Shown here in pieces: positions 19,779 to 28,909 of a stretch of DNA of 63,102 nt. The notes under the pieces were generated by a model. It saw only the letters and a list, made by a program, of their open reading frames with translations, ran no database searches and was not told where the DNA came from. The translations under genes were made by a program, and so were the position numbers. This DNA is from Candidatus Kapaibacterium sp. GTDB taxonomy: Bacteria; Bacteroidota; Ignavibacteria; Kapaibacteriales; Kapaibacteriaceae. The stretch is taken from NCBI GenBank assembly GCA_044345485.1, contig JBIJAX010000006.1, forward strand, positions 1-63,102. The letters run 5' to 3'. The stretch's first letter is position 1, and every line of letters begins with the position of its first letter.

Positions 19779-21626
19779 ATGTTTGATGTACTTGTAATTG
19801 GCGGTGGTCACGCCGGTATTGAGGCGTCGTGCTCGGCTGCCCGAATGGGCGTACGTGTAGGGCTTGTGACGATGGACCCCACTACGATTGGTCGTCTCTC
19901 CTGCAATCCTTCGATTGGAGGAAGCGCGAAGGGACACCTTGCAACAGAGATAGATGCCCTAGGTGGCGTTATGGCCCGCATAGCCGACGCCTCAGGTATC
20001 CAGTTTAAGATGTTGAACACATCCAAGGGTCCAGCTGTTTGGTCTCCCCGTTCACAAAACGATAAAGACCTCTACCCTACCTTCGCTCAGCACACCGTTC
20101 AATCGATGCAGAACATCACGATCATCCGAGAAAGTGTTGTAGATGTGTGTATCGAACACGATACGATCAAGGGGGTTATAACTGCATCGAATGCAACAAT
20201 TCGCGCAACTACGGTGGTGTTGTGCGGTGGTACTTTTCTAAATGGGGTTATGTGGACGGGTCAGTCCGCAACGGAAGGTGGGCGCGTTGGTGAATCGGCA
20301 GCACGTGGTATCTCGGATGTTCTGGGTAGTTATGGACTAGAGAAGGGGCGACTAAAAACGGGAACACCTCCCCGAATACATAAAAACTCAATTGACTATA
20401 CAAAGACGGAGCCCCATAACGGCGACGAACACCCAAGACCGTTTTCAATCACTACGTCTAGCGTTCGCAACCAACTAGCATGCTTCGCAACGTCGACCAC
20501 CAGACAGACACATGAAATCCTGAGAACAGGATTCTCTCGATCCCCTATGTTCACAGGTCGAATACAGGGAGCTGGTCCAAGATATTGTCCGTCCATCGAA
20601 GACAAGATCGATCGGTTTTCTGAACGTGACTCTCATGTGGTGGTCCTCGAGCCCGAAGGGTTGTCTACCGACACCGTCTACGTAAACGGTTTCTCAACTA
20701 GTTTACCATTCGACGTACAAGATGTTGGACTTCGCACCATCCCTGGGCTAGCCAATGCAGAAGTGTTGCGATATGGATATGCAGTAGAGTACGATTTCTT
20801 TTACCCGTACCAGCTAACACACGGTCTGGAGACTAAGGCAATTCGAAACCTGTTCTTTGCTGGACAGATCAACGGTACATCTGGATACGAAGAAGCCGCA
20901 TCTCAAGGATTGATAGCTGGGATTAACGCCGCTCTCGCGGTAAGGGGCGAGGGCTCTTTTTCTCTACAACGCTCCGAGTCGTACATCGGTGTACTGATCG
21001 ACGATCTCGTAAATAAAAGCACAGAAGAACCCTATCGGATCTTTACATCGCTAGCTGAATACCGACTACTTCTTCGAATTGATACAGCATATCAGCGACT
21101 TTCTCATTACGGAAGATCATTCGGGCTTGTAGACAATTCTATGTGGGCGACTATCGAGAGAAAGGGTGCCTTACAGCGGGAGTTGACCAATCGTGTAAGT
21201 GTACAGAAGGTGAGCCCCTTATCGATTAATGAACACCTGACCACTATTGGTGAGGAAGGTCTCTTTGAAACGGCTACGGTCTATTCGATTACCAAAAGGC
21301 CAAAGGTTTCGTTGCTTAATGTGTTGGGATTGTCACAAGAAGGTCTAGACTCTGTGATTATGGAACACCCTGATGTGGTTCACGCAGTCGAAACTGAAAT
21401 CAAATACGAGGGATACATCCACAAACTTCACAGAGACATTGACCGGTTCAGAGAACAAGAAGCTATGAGCATACCTGAGGGGTTTGATTATACACGCGTG
21501 CAAAGTTTGTCAACCGAAGCACGGCAGAAACTACAGCGAATACAACCCGCTTCGTTAGGACAGGCGTCGCGCATACCTGGCGTGTCTGCTTCTGATGTTT
21601 CTATTCTGGCACTATACCTGCGTTAA
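19779..21626 (+). CDS. mnmG: tRNA uridine 5-carboxymethylaminomethyl modification enzyme MnmG (GidA)
   Basis: Motifs VIGGGHAG, SCNPSIGG, RLKTGTPPR, GPRYCPSIEDK, AGQINGTSGYEEAA. Confidence 0.98.
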   Translation: MFDVLVIGGGHAGIEASCSAARMGVRVGLVTMDPTTIGRLSCNPSIGGSAKGHLATEIDALGGVMARIADASGIQFKMLNTSKGPAVWSPRSQNDKDLYPTFAQHTVQSMQNITIIRESVVDVCIEHDTIKGVITASNATIRATTVVLCGGTFLNGVMWTGQSATEGGRVGESAARGISDVLGSYGLEKGRLKTGTPPRIHKNSIDYTKTEPHNGDEHPRPFSITTSSVRNQLACFATSTTRQTHEILRTGFSRSPMFTGRIQGAGPRYCPSIEDKIDRFSERDSHVVVLEPEGLSTDTVYVNGFSTSLPFDVQDVGLRTIPGLANAEVLRYGYAVEYDFFYPYQLTHGLETKAIRNLFFAGQINGTSGYEEAASQGLIAGINAALAVRGEGSFSLQRSESYIGVLIDDLVNKSTEEPYRIFTSLAEYRLLLRIDTAYQRLSHYGRSFGLVDNSMWATIERKGALQRELTNRVSVQKVSPLSINEHLTTIGEEGLFETATVYSITKRPKVSLLNVLGLSQEGLDSVIMEHPDVVHAVETEIKYEGYIHKLHRDIDRFREQEAMSIPEGFDYTRVQSLSTEARQKLQRIQPASLGQASRIPGVSASDVSILALYLR

Positions 21627-24058
21627 CGCACAATCAATACTGTTGTGTGATGTGGACCTGACGGTGTTTCGCACCGGAGGATATATGATCCTTGTGGTAG
21701 GTGGGATACATCTAGTACGTCGCCGTTTCCCTGAACCGAATGGTGTATGACCATTGTACCGTCTTGTGCAAACAGTGTAATCGCCTGTATCTGCAGATAC
21801 CCTCCAACGTATAGGGAAGCAGTTGTTGGGTTTGGTCCGACCGTGATACGGGGAGCTGTGAATTCCTTCACAGAAGAAGGCACGCCTCGTATCTCAATTG
21901 CATACGGGGAGTTCTGGATAATGGAATCAAGCGATGCATCCATCGGCGTAAGACGAATCGAATAGCCTGTGTCTGGTGCTACCGTGACAGGGACTTTCCA
22001 AAGAAAACCCTGCTGCTGAGCAAGGACGTTGTCTTTTATCAGTGTAACGGGCTGATTGTTTCTGATAAGCTCGATCTTGATCGGAACGTCAATATTTGTG
22101 TTCCACGTCACGACATACGAAGAGTCCTGATACCAGACAGCAGACGAAACGGGCTTCGTAATCTCAAGGTAGGGGCCTGTAACTGTAAATGAATCCAGGG
22201 CAGAATACTCCGATGCTGAAGATCCATAGAGTGATTTTGCGCGCCAATAATACGTACCTGGATCAAAGCCCGGTGCAACGGCTTTATCTCTAGAACTGCT
22301 AACTGTAAAAACCTGTGTTCCGAGTGGTTTCTGAACATCGTAGGTTATAGACTGGGATTGTCCTTGCGGAGATACATGGAAGGTTGTTGGTGCATTCCCA
22401 CGTATGCGTATTCCTGCAACCGGACGCAGCAGCCTTGGTGCGGCGATACTATCAGCTCCATCCTGAACGGGGCTACCAAAACAAAACTCACCTGTACGTG
22501 CAGTATCAACTACAAGTTCTCTTGTATTCGGATTAAACCTGGTTTGCAGTGGACGAAAACTTCTCTTACCGATCGAGTCGCGGTAATAGACCACCGTATT
22601 CTGGGGGTCTGTTATACCTAGTGCCGTTGTAGAAAAGCGGAACTCACCTGCATGGTCTACCATACCTTCTTGCGTTAACGTTACCCTGCATGGATACACA
22701 ACATAGGGGGCGTTGGTCTTCTCCGATTTTCCTGCTACAACCCTCTCGAACCGTGGATTTTCCGGTGCCCACATATAGCGGCGTGCGGTTGTGGTGTTGT
22801 AAAAGAATGAAACAAGGGTGTGATAGGTTACTGTCAATCCAACAGTATCTGTTGCGCGTGTGTATGTATAGGTGTTGGTAGGAAGAATCTCATCGATCAA
22901 TACATCCGCAGAGTGCCGTCCTGTTGGGTACGGGGCTTTGAGAGCCTTGTAAGGATACATCATATTCGGTAGTTCTATTTCATATACTTCTTTATCATTT
23001 ACATCCACCTCGGTAACGATTGTCTTGTTGTTCTGTAATGCCGATCCCCATGCTATCACTCTATTTCCATTAGCAAGAGTCTGCACTGCTCCTTGAACGC
23101 CTGCGTATACATCAGGTGACTTCCGATACTGACGCACGAGTGTACAGGTTTTAGCTACCTCATCGATCTTGTATTCAACTGCACGAGACCATTGAGGAGT
23201 GCGCTGTGTGCCATTATCGAACAACGATATGTTGCCGTTGGGCAGTCTGACTACGTCGTGTTGATATGAGAACACGGGATCATCTATTGACCCTGACTCA
23301 TTCAAAAAGGCAAACTGATTCAGCCTTCCACCTAGAATCCATAAAACCTTCCCAGTTTTTCTATGGACTTTCACAACCATTGAAGAATGTCGTGCACTGA
23401 TCAGAAAATGACCGTCTGTATCAACAACCACGGCATTAAGGTGGAAGTACCGTATTGATGGTGCCTTAAGATCTTCGTAAGAAACCGTCACAGGGAAGTG
23501 GTCGAGACTTCTCCATTGAAACAGAATATTGCCGTCGATATCGATTTCCTGCAGCAACATCTGTTGAACAGAGGCTGCTGGATTACCACCAGGAACAATG
23601 CTCGACATATCAACGGTTACGTTTTCCTGCATCACAACAAGTCTGTTACCATTTGGAAGCACATCGAATGAATGCATCGCTAGGTTATAGCTGTTAGCCC
23701 CCTGCAATGAATCCACTGTTACAAGATTTGTATCTATGATATAAACACTCGAAGAGGCCCTTGGTCCAGTGCCCGCAGACTGAAACACGGAATACCCTAG
23801 ACGGCCATCGGGGAGAATCCGAAAGTCGAAAGCATACTCTGGTATAAACCGGGAGACTATAGGCTTACCATCTATTCCCACCACCATTAACGAGGGTGCA
23901 AAAGGAGGAGAGGTTACACGAGTGTTTGGCGCTATGTACAGTGCTCCGGGAGCTGGTTGCGTGGACTTTGTTACTGTAACGGGAGGAAGAATCTGCGCCG
24001 AGACAGCGGTAGCAACCGTAATTGCTATAACGAGGAAAAGGAGTCTGAATGGTGTCAT
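21623..24058 (-). CDS. ASST-like sulfotransferase with beta-sandwich domains and T9SS CTD
   Basis: Signal peptide ending VSA-QI. Motifs AMHSF, FQWRSLDH, YFHLNA, SARHS, FSYQHD, FDNG. CTD GPNPTT...LDVSHLPQGSYIL. Confidence 0.85.
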   Translation of the reverse strand: MTPFRLLFLVIAITVATAVSAQILPPVTVTKSTQPAPGALYIAPNTRVTSPPFAPSLMVVGIDGKPIVSRFIPEYAFDFRILPDGRLGYSVFQSAGTGPRASSSVYIIDTNLVTVDSLQGANSYNLAMHSFDVLPNGNRLVVMQENVTVDMSSIVPGGNPAASVQQMLLQEIDIDGNILFQWRSLDHFPVTVSYEDLKAPSIRYFHLNAVVVDTDGHFLISARHSSMVVKVHRKTGKVLWILGGRLNQFAFLNESGSIDDPVFSYQHDVVRLPNGNISLFDNGTQRTPQWSRAVEYKIDEVAKTCTLVRQYRKSPDVYAGVQGAVQTLANGNRVIAWGSALQNNKTIVTEVDVNDKEVYEIELPNMMYPYKALKAPYPTGRHSADVLIDEILPTNTYTYTRATDTVGLTVTYHTLVSFFYNTTTARRYMWAPENPRFERVVAGKSEKTNAPYVVYPCRVTLTQEGMVDHAGEFRFSTTALGITDPQNTVVYYRDSIGKRSFRPLQTRFNPNTRELVVDTARTGEFCFGSPVQDGADSIAAPRLLRPVAGIRIRGNAPTTFHVSPQGQSQSITYDVQKPLGTQVFTVSSSRDKAVAPGFDPGTYYWRAKSLYGSSASEYSALDSFTVTGPYLEITKPVSSAVWYQDSSYVVTWNTNIDVPIKIELIRNNQPVTLIKDNVLAQQQGFLWKVPVTVAPDTGYSIRLTPMDASLDSIIQNSPYAIEIRGVPSSVKEFTAPRITVGPNPTTASLYVGGYLQIQAITLFAQDGTMVIHHSVQGNGDVLDVSHLPQGSYILRCETPSGPHHTTVLIVR

Positions 24059-24122
24059 GAATCTAAGAACCAAAAAACACTGTAAACGTGACAAACCAGG
24101 ACGAATCGATATATCCTGCTCG

Positions 24123-24130
24123 TAACTTTG
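24123..24130 (+). promoter_or_regulatory. -7 promoter element for serS
   Basis: TAACTTTG, 5 nt before ATG 24136. Confidence 0.55.
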
Positions 24131-24135
24131 CGTCT

Positions 24136-25398
24136 ATGCTAGACATCAAATTCATCCGCGAAAATCCAAACCTGGTAAAGACGAACTGCGTCAACAAGAA
24201 CGATAGCAGCAATATAGATCTGTTGCTGGAACTTGATGTACGCAGGCGTACCATCATCCAGACCGTTGAGGATCTCAAAAGCACTCGTAATACCGTCTCT
24301 CAGGAAATCTCAACAATCAAGAAACAAGGCGGTGATGCCTCCGATAAAATACTAGGTATGAGGGAAGTAGGAGACAGGATCAAGGATCTTGATGAAGAGC
24401 TCCGAAATCTTGAGTCGGAGATTTCCGATATCATGCTAATGATTCCAAACATCGCCCATCCATCAGTACCAATCGGGAAAGACGCGAATGATAACGTGGA
24501 AGTACGGAGAAGCGGAACGTGTGGTGATAGAGAACACAGGGTAGACCATATCGAGATCTCGCAACGACTTGGCATTCTCGACTTTGAACGGGGGGCAAAA
24601 GTTACTGGGTCTGGATTTGGTTTCTATGTAGGTAAAGGGGCTAGACTTGAACGCGCTCTGATCAACTTTTTTCTCGATACGAATACAAGCGAAAACGGTT
24701 TTACTGAGATCATGACGCCATTCGTTGTAAACAGCGACTCTTGTCGAGGAACGGGTCAGCTTCCAAAGAGCCAGGAGGATATGTACCATATCCCGAGCGA
24801 TGATCTCTACCTCATACCAACAGCAGAAGTTCCGATCACGAATTTCCACCGTGATGAGATCCTTCCATCATCTACCCTACCAATCAATTACGCTGGATAT
24901 TCTGCTTGTTTCCGAAGAGAAGCAGGAAGTCACGGCAAAGAGACACGGGGATTTCAGCGGGTTCATCAGTTCAATAAGGTAGAGCTGGTAAAGTTTGTCC
25001 AAGCTGATTCTTCATACGATGAATTGGAAACACTGGTCGGGTCTGTGGAGCGGATTCTTCAAAAACTTGGACTTACGTATCGCGTTCTGCTGCTCTGCAC
25101 GGGCGACATGACGTTTGGTGGCTCGAAGACATATGATCTCGAGGTTTGGTCACCATACGAGCAGCGGTGGCTTGAAGTGAGCTCCTGTACAAATTTTGAA
25201 TCCTTCCAAGCACGCAGAGCAAACATTAGACATAGACAGGATCCAGGAAGTAAACCAGAGTTTGTGCATACTCTGAACGGGAGCGGTTTGGCAACATCGC
25301 GAATCATGGTAGCGTTACTCGAACAGTATCAAACACCAGATGGCCGTATCCTCATACCAGAATGTCTGCAACAATACTGTGGTTTTTCTGAAATCTAG
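24136..25398 (+). CDS. serS: Serine--tRNA ligase
   Basis: Motifs MLDIKFIREN, LIPTAEVP, FRREAGS, RVHQFNKVE, EVSSCTN, HTLNGSGLA. Confidence 0.98.
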   Translation: MLDIKFIRENPNLVKTNCVNKNDSSNIDLLLELDVRRRTIIQTVEDLKSTRNTVSQEISTIKKQGGDASDKILGMREVGDRIKDLDEELRNLESEISDIMLMIPNIAHPSVPIGKDANDNVEVRRSGTCGDREHRVDHIEISQRLGILDFERGAKVTGSGFGFYVGKGARLERALINFFLDTNTSENGFTEIMTPFVVNSDSCRGTGQLPKSQEDMYHIPSDDLYLIPTAEVPITNFHRDEILPSSTLPINYAGYSACFRREAGSHGKETRGFQRVHQFNKVELVKFVQADSSYDELETLVGSVERILQKLGLTYRVLLLCTGDMTFGGSKTYDLEVWSPYEQRWLEVSSCTNFESFQARRANIRHRQDPGSKPEFVHTLNGSGLATSRIMVALLEQYQTPDGRILIPECLQQYCGFSEI

Positions 25399-25872
25399 AA
25401 TCGCCTCCCCAGATATCTATTATTCTATTGTGTATTCTCTTTGGGAGAAGAAAAGAAACCTATATGGTGTATATACACTGTGGATTACGTGGATAACACC
25501 TTCATTTTCTTCCAGGAATAGAGCTAACACACATACATTTTTCGACTTACATCACTCTTTAACCGATCCACGAAAGAGTAGATAACAGTTGGATACACCC
25601 CCATCGATGTTTCTAACACGTTACTTCTTTTTCCTTGTTTCCCACATACACTCCCTATAAAAGAACTTTATACTGCTCTTCTCAACGAAAAACTCGACAA
25701 ACGGGGATAAGTTAAAGAACAACAATATTTGATTTTTTCAAAACCCTGTAACCCCAACAAACACCCACTTCCATCCGCTGTGGATTGTGCACAAACCGTG
25801 TATTACGCAGTAGAAAACCTAGTTATTCATCTCCCTCGGTAACAAATCTCCAAAACCGGGGTTTGTTGGGTA
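25399..25872. other. Candidate chromosomal replication origin (DnaA-box cluster)
   Basis: Largest non-coding gap in the window, visibly AT-rich. Tandem TGTGGATTA/CGTGGATAA at 25479-25496, plus TTTCCCACA 25638, CGGGGATAA 25702 and TGTGGATTG/TTGTGCACA 25779-25793. About 6 kb from parS/mnmG. Confidence 0.55.
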
Positions 25873-27834
25873 ATGCATCTATTTCTCCTACTATCTCTTC
25901 TCCTAACCGATACTCCGTTGACGGTTGTTACAACGGGCAATCGGGCTCCGGGATATTTTATGGTAAGCGGAATAGACCAGGATAGTGCCTGTTTGATAGA
26001 TAACTCTGGTGTAGCCGTACACAGAATACATGCCGGACCCAACATCAATCAGCGTCCGACCCCGTACGGAGGCTTTACATATTTCGATGGCTTGTTAAGC
26101 GCTTACGTACTCGTAAACAGCGAGCTGCGCAAAACCGATACGTTCCGTGTTACTCCCCCATACAAAACAGATTTTCACGAGGGATATCAAACACGAGGCC
26201 GTCGATATATCGTGCTTGGTGTAGATATGCGCACCATGGACATGTCACAAACCATCCAAGGGGGAAGTGAATCTGCCGTGGTGCTTGGAGCTGTTATACA
26301 AGAGTTCGATCGGCGCGGTAGGCTCACATTCGAGTGGCGGTCGCTGGATCACATTCAGCCAACAGAAGCAACACACGACATCGACCTACTGCACAACAGA
26401 ATCGATTACATCCACGCCAACACTATCGCCCTAGATTCCGCCGGCGACTTCTTACTCTCGTGCCGAAATCTTGATCAGATCATCAAGATCAGCAGATCTT
26501 CGGGTTCTATTGTTTGGCGCTTAGGGGGCTCATCCGCAGCGCGAAACGACTTTACGTTTACGAATGATACGGTCTCCGGCTACGTAGGGTTTTCACATCA
26601 ACACACACCAATATTGACGAAGCAGGGAGAGATTCTACTGTTTGATAATGGAAACCTGAAATCAGATCAGATGTCTCGGGTTGTTGCATACAGACTTGAT
26701 CAAACCTTGATGACAGCAACAAAAACATGGGAGTATCAACCCAGTGAGGTTGTTTTTTCTGCTACTATGGGCAGCGTGCAGGAGCTTTCGAACGGGAACA
26801 TTCTGATCGGTTGGGGCAATACACAGAATGGATTAGTTGCAACAGAGGTTGATAGAAATGGTACCGTACACACAGAGATACGCTCAACGCAACAGTTGGA
26901 TTTTCCGTATCGGGTAACCAAGGCACCTATTGGGATGACCGTAGTGACGAAGACAATAGTTGATAACCTCCCACAACCCTTTTCGGACTTGGACAGTACC
27001 ACAAAGGTAGTTGTGCATGCGCAACAACTAACACAACCACAAGACATCACTGTTGAAAGACATCAATACCCCCCACACGAGCTGATGTTTATCGACTCAA
27101 CCCCGTGTGAGGTCTTTCCCGAACGGTGGGTGGTAGGATATGATTCGCACGTAGGCAACACCTACTCAGGATACTTCGATGTCTCACGATCTATGGCTGA
27201 GGAAGACCCCTCTGCAGCAAGAGTCTTCTGGCGTCCGGAAGAAGGTACAGGGACGTTCACACAGCTTCGCTCAGAACCTGTTGAAGCATCAGCAACCGTG
27301 AGAGTAAAAACACTACCACCAGGAGAGTATGCACTGGGTAGCATATACTGTGAAGACCCCTCCCTCCTTTACCCTTTTAACAACGAGCAGAGCAACGCTA
27401 CAACAACGCAGCTAAAGTGGACAGGTGCCATTGGTGCAGAGGGATATGAGATAGAGCTATCTACTTCCCCCGAATTCACAACAGATGTTGTCTTTCTTAG
27501 AACACAGCGCCCAGACACAACAATCAAATCCTTACAACCAACAACCACATACTATTGGCATGTCCGTGTTATACGTCCGCCCGAGGTTGGGAAGTGGACG
27601 CAGACATGGACCTTTACCACTATGACACCATCGACAGTACCTCTTGATGGCAATGTTGCAGAACTACCCGTGGGAACACTCGTTGTGGTCTACGATGTAC
27701 TGGGCAACGAAATAGCGCGCGAAACAATCGTACGCGAACACCAGCCCCTTGCATCCAATGTAGAAGACAAACTCCTGTTGTTGGTAGCAACAACCCCATC
27801 GGGTGCAACACTACGGCGCGTAATCAACCGCTAG
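25873..27834 (+). CDS. ASST-like sulfotransferase + FN3-like domain + degenerate CTD
   Basis: Motifs DFHEG, FEWRSLDH, DYIHANT, SCRNLD, WRLGG, FSHQHT, FDNGN, TYYWHVR; tail contains VYDVLGNE. Confidence 0.85.
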   Translation: MHLFLLLSLLLTDTPLTVVTTGNRAPGYFMVSGIDQDSACLIDNSGVAVHRIHAGPNINQRPTPYGGFTYFDGLLSAYVLVNSELRKTDTFRVTPPYKTDFHEGYQTRGRRYIVLGVDMRTMDMSQTIQGGSESAVVLGAVIQEFDRRGRLTFEWRSLDHIQPTEATHDIDLLHNRIDYIHANTIALDSAGDFLLSCRNLDQIIKISRSSGSIVWRLGGSSAARNDFTFTNDTVSGYVGFSHQHTPILTKQGEILLFDNGNLKSDQMSRVVAYRLDQTLMTATKTWEYQPSEVVFSATMGSVQELSNGNILIGWGNTQNGLVATEVDRNGTVHTEIRSTQQLDFPYRVTKAPIGMTVVTKTIVDNLPQPFSDLDSTTKVVVHAQQLTQPQDITVERHQYPPHELMFIDSTPCEVFPERWVVGYDSHVGNTYSGYFDVSRSMAEEDPSAARVFWRPEEGTGTFTQLRSEPVEASATVRVKTLPPGEYALGSIYCEDPSLLYPFNNEQSNATTTQLKWTGAIGAEGYEIELSTSPEFTTDVVFLRTQRPDTTIKSLQPTTTYYWHVRVIRPPEVGKWTQTWTFTTMTPSTVPLDGNVAELPVGTLVVVYDVLGNEIARETIVREHQPLASNVEDKLLLLVATTPSGATLRRVINR

Positions 27835-27838
27835 TAGG

Positions 27839-28849
27839 TTATCCCTTTGTCCCAATAAACGCCATGCACAGGTCAGTTGTGGCCTGTATGCCGCGAATAT
27901 GTGTGCGCTCCATGCCGTGAGACGCATGCACGCCTGGGCCGATAAGCCCCACTCTAACATCTACACCCGCACGCCAGGCCGCGGTTCCATCGGAGCTGTA
28001 GAAAGGGTATACATCAACAGCATGAGCGATGTTGTTCTTCTGGGCCAAACCAACCAGCGTTCTTCTGAATGCATAGTCGTATGGTCCACCTGAGTCTTTC
28101 GCACAAATCGAGCATGTAAACTCATTGCCCTCGCATGCATCCCCCACCACCCCCATGTCGATCACAAGAAGATCTTCTACAGAAGGGCTTAGTGAGGGGG
28201 CTCCACCGTGCCCAACCTCTTCGTATGTGCTAAAGAACAATTCAACAGGAGCACCTTTTCCAGACTCAGCTACTCGTCGTGCAACTTCCAGAAGCACATA
28301 ACATCCAGCCTTGTTATCGAGAAAATGACTCTTGATAAACCCGTTTGGTAGCTCGAGATACTTCGGTTCAAACGCTATGATGTCGCCTATACCGATACCA
28401 AGCGCCCGAACATCGGCGCTTGATGATACCGTTTCGTCTATCCGTACATGCATCACACTAGTGGTCCGCTCCTGTGTAGCTGCCTTGTTGTTGGCATGTG
28501 TCGAGGGGTCGTTTAACAACAACGTTCCGTTGTACACACGGTTATCAAGTGTGTGTATACGTACATAGCCCCCTTCGAAACTTGGCAGCAGTGGACCCCC
28601 CAGCAGGGAGAATTTCAGAGTTCCATTTGCATTGATACCTGAGACAATCGCGCCGAGCGTATCGGTATGGCCTGCAAGTGCCATTGTTGGCTGCTCTCCT
28701 AATGAACAGCGCAGCGCCCCCTTTGTTGTTCTCGTGGGCGAAAACCCGAACCCCTTCAAGGATTCTTCGATAAACGCTATCGCATTGTGTGTATATCCGG
28801 TTGGCGAATCGATCTCAATAAGATCACGTAGCAGGTGAAGTGTGTTCAT
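27839..28849 (-). CDS. M42 family metallo-aminopeptidase
   Basis: Motifs SPTG, GHTDTLG, LDNKAG, YEEVGHG, IDMG, HASHGMERTH. Confidence 0.9.
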   Translation of the reverse strand: MNTLHLLRDLIEIDSPTGYTHNAIAFIEESLKGFGFSPTRTTKGALRCSLGEQPTMALAGHTDTLGAIVSGINANGTLKFSLLGGPLLPSFEGGYVRIHTLDNRVYNGTLLLNDPSTHANNKAATQERTTSVMHVRIDETVSSSADVRALGIGIGDIIAFEPKYLELPNGFIKSHFLDNKAGCYVLLEVARRVAESGKGAPVELFFSTYEEVGHGGAPSLSPSVEDLLVIDMGVVGDACEGNEFTCSICAKDSGGPYDYAFRRTLVGLAQKNNIAHAVDVYPFYSSDGTAAWRAGVDVRVGLIGPGVHASHGMERTHIRGIQATTDLCMAFIGTKG

Positions 28850-28854
28850 AGCCG

Positions 28855-28880
28855 TAGGTTTGTAGGTGTTTACAAACATA
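28855..28880. promoter_or_regulatory. Face-to-face divergent -7 elements for the M16 (+) and M42 (-) peptidase genes
   Basis: TAGGTTTG (+, 28855-28862) and TATGTTTG (-, 28880-28873). Confidence 0.5.
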
Positions 28881-28909
28881 GCGCAAGTTCAAACGAGGTA
28901 TTACGATCA

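Noticed and set aside
19542-19937. 131-aa minus-strand ORF containing FHVKH
   Set aside because: It is antisense to the GNAT gene and mnmG, and FHVKH is just the translated parS palindrome.
22099-22114. parS-like TGTTCCACGTCACGAC
   Set aside because: Only one half matches and it lies in coding sequence.
25399-25872. CRISPR array, tRNA or small CDS in the large gap
   Set aside because: No regularly spaced repeats and no cloverleaf. The overlapping short ORFs have no recognisable features.
17795-27834. GC-skew switch marking the origin
   Set aside because: Spot counts on a few lines were inconsistent and confounded by coding strand; a cumulative computation is required.
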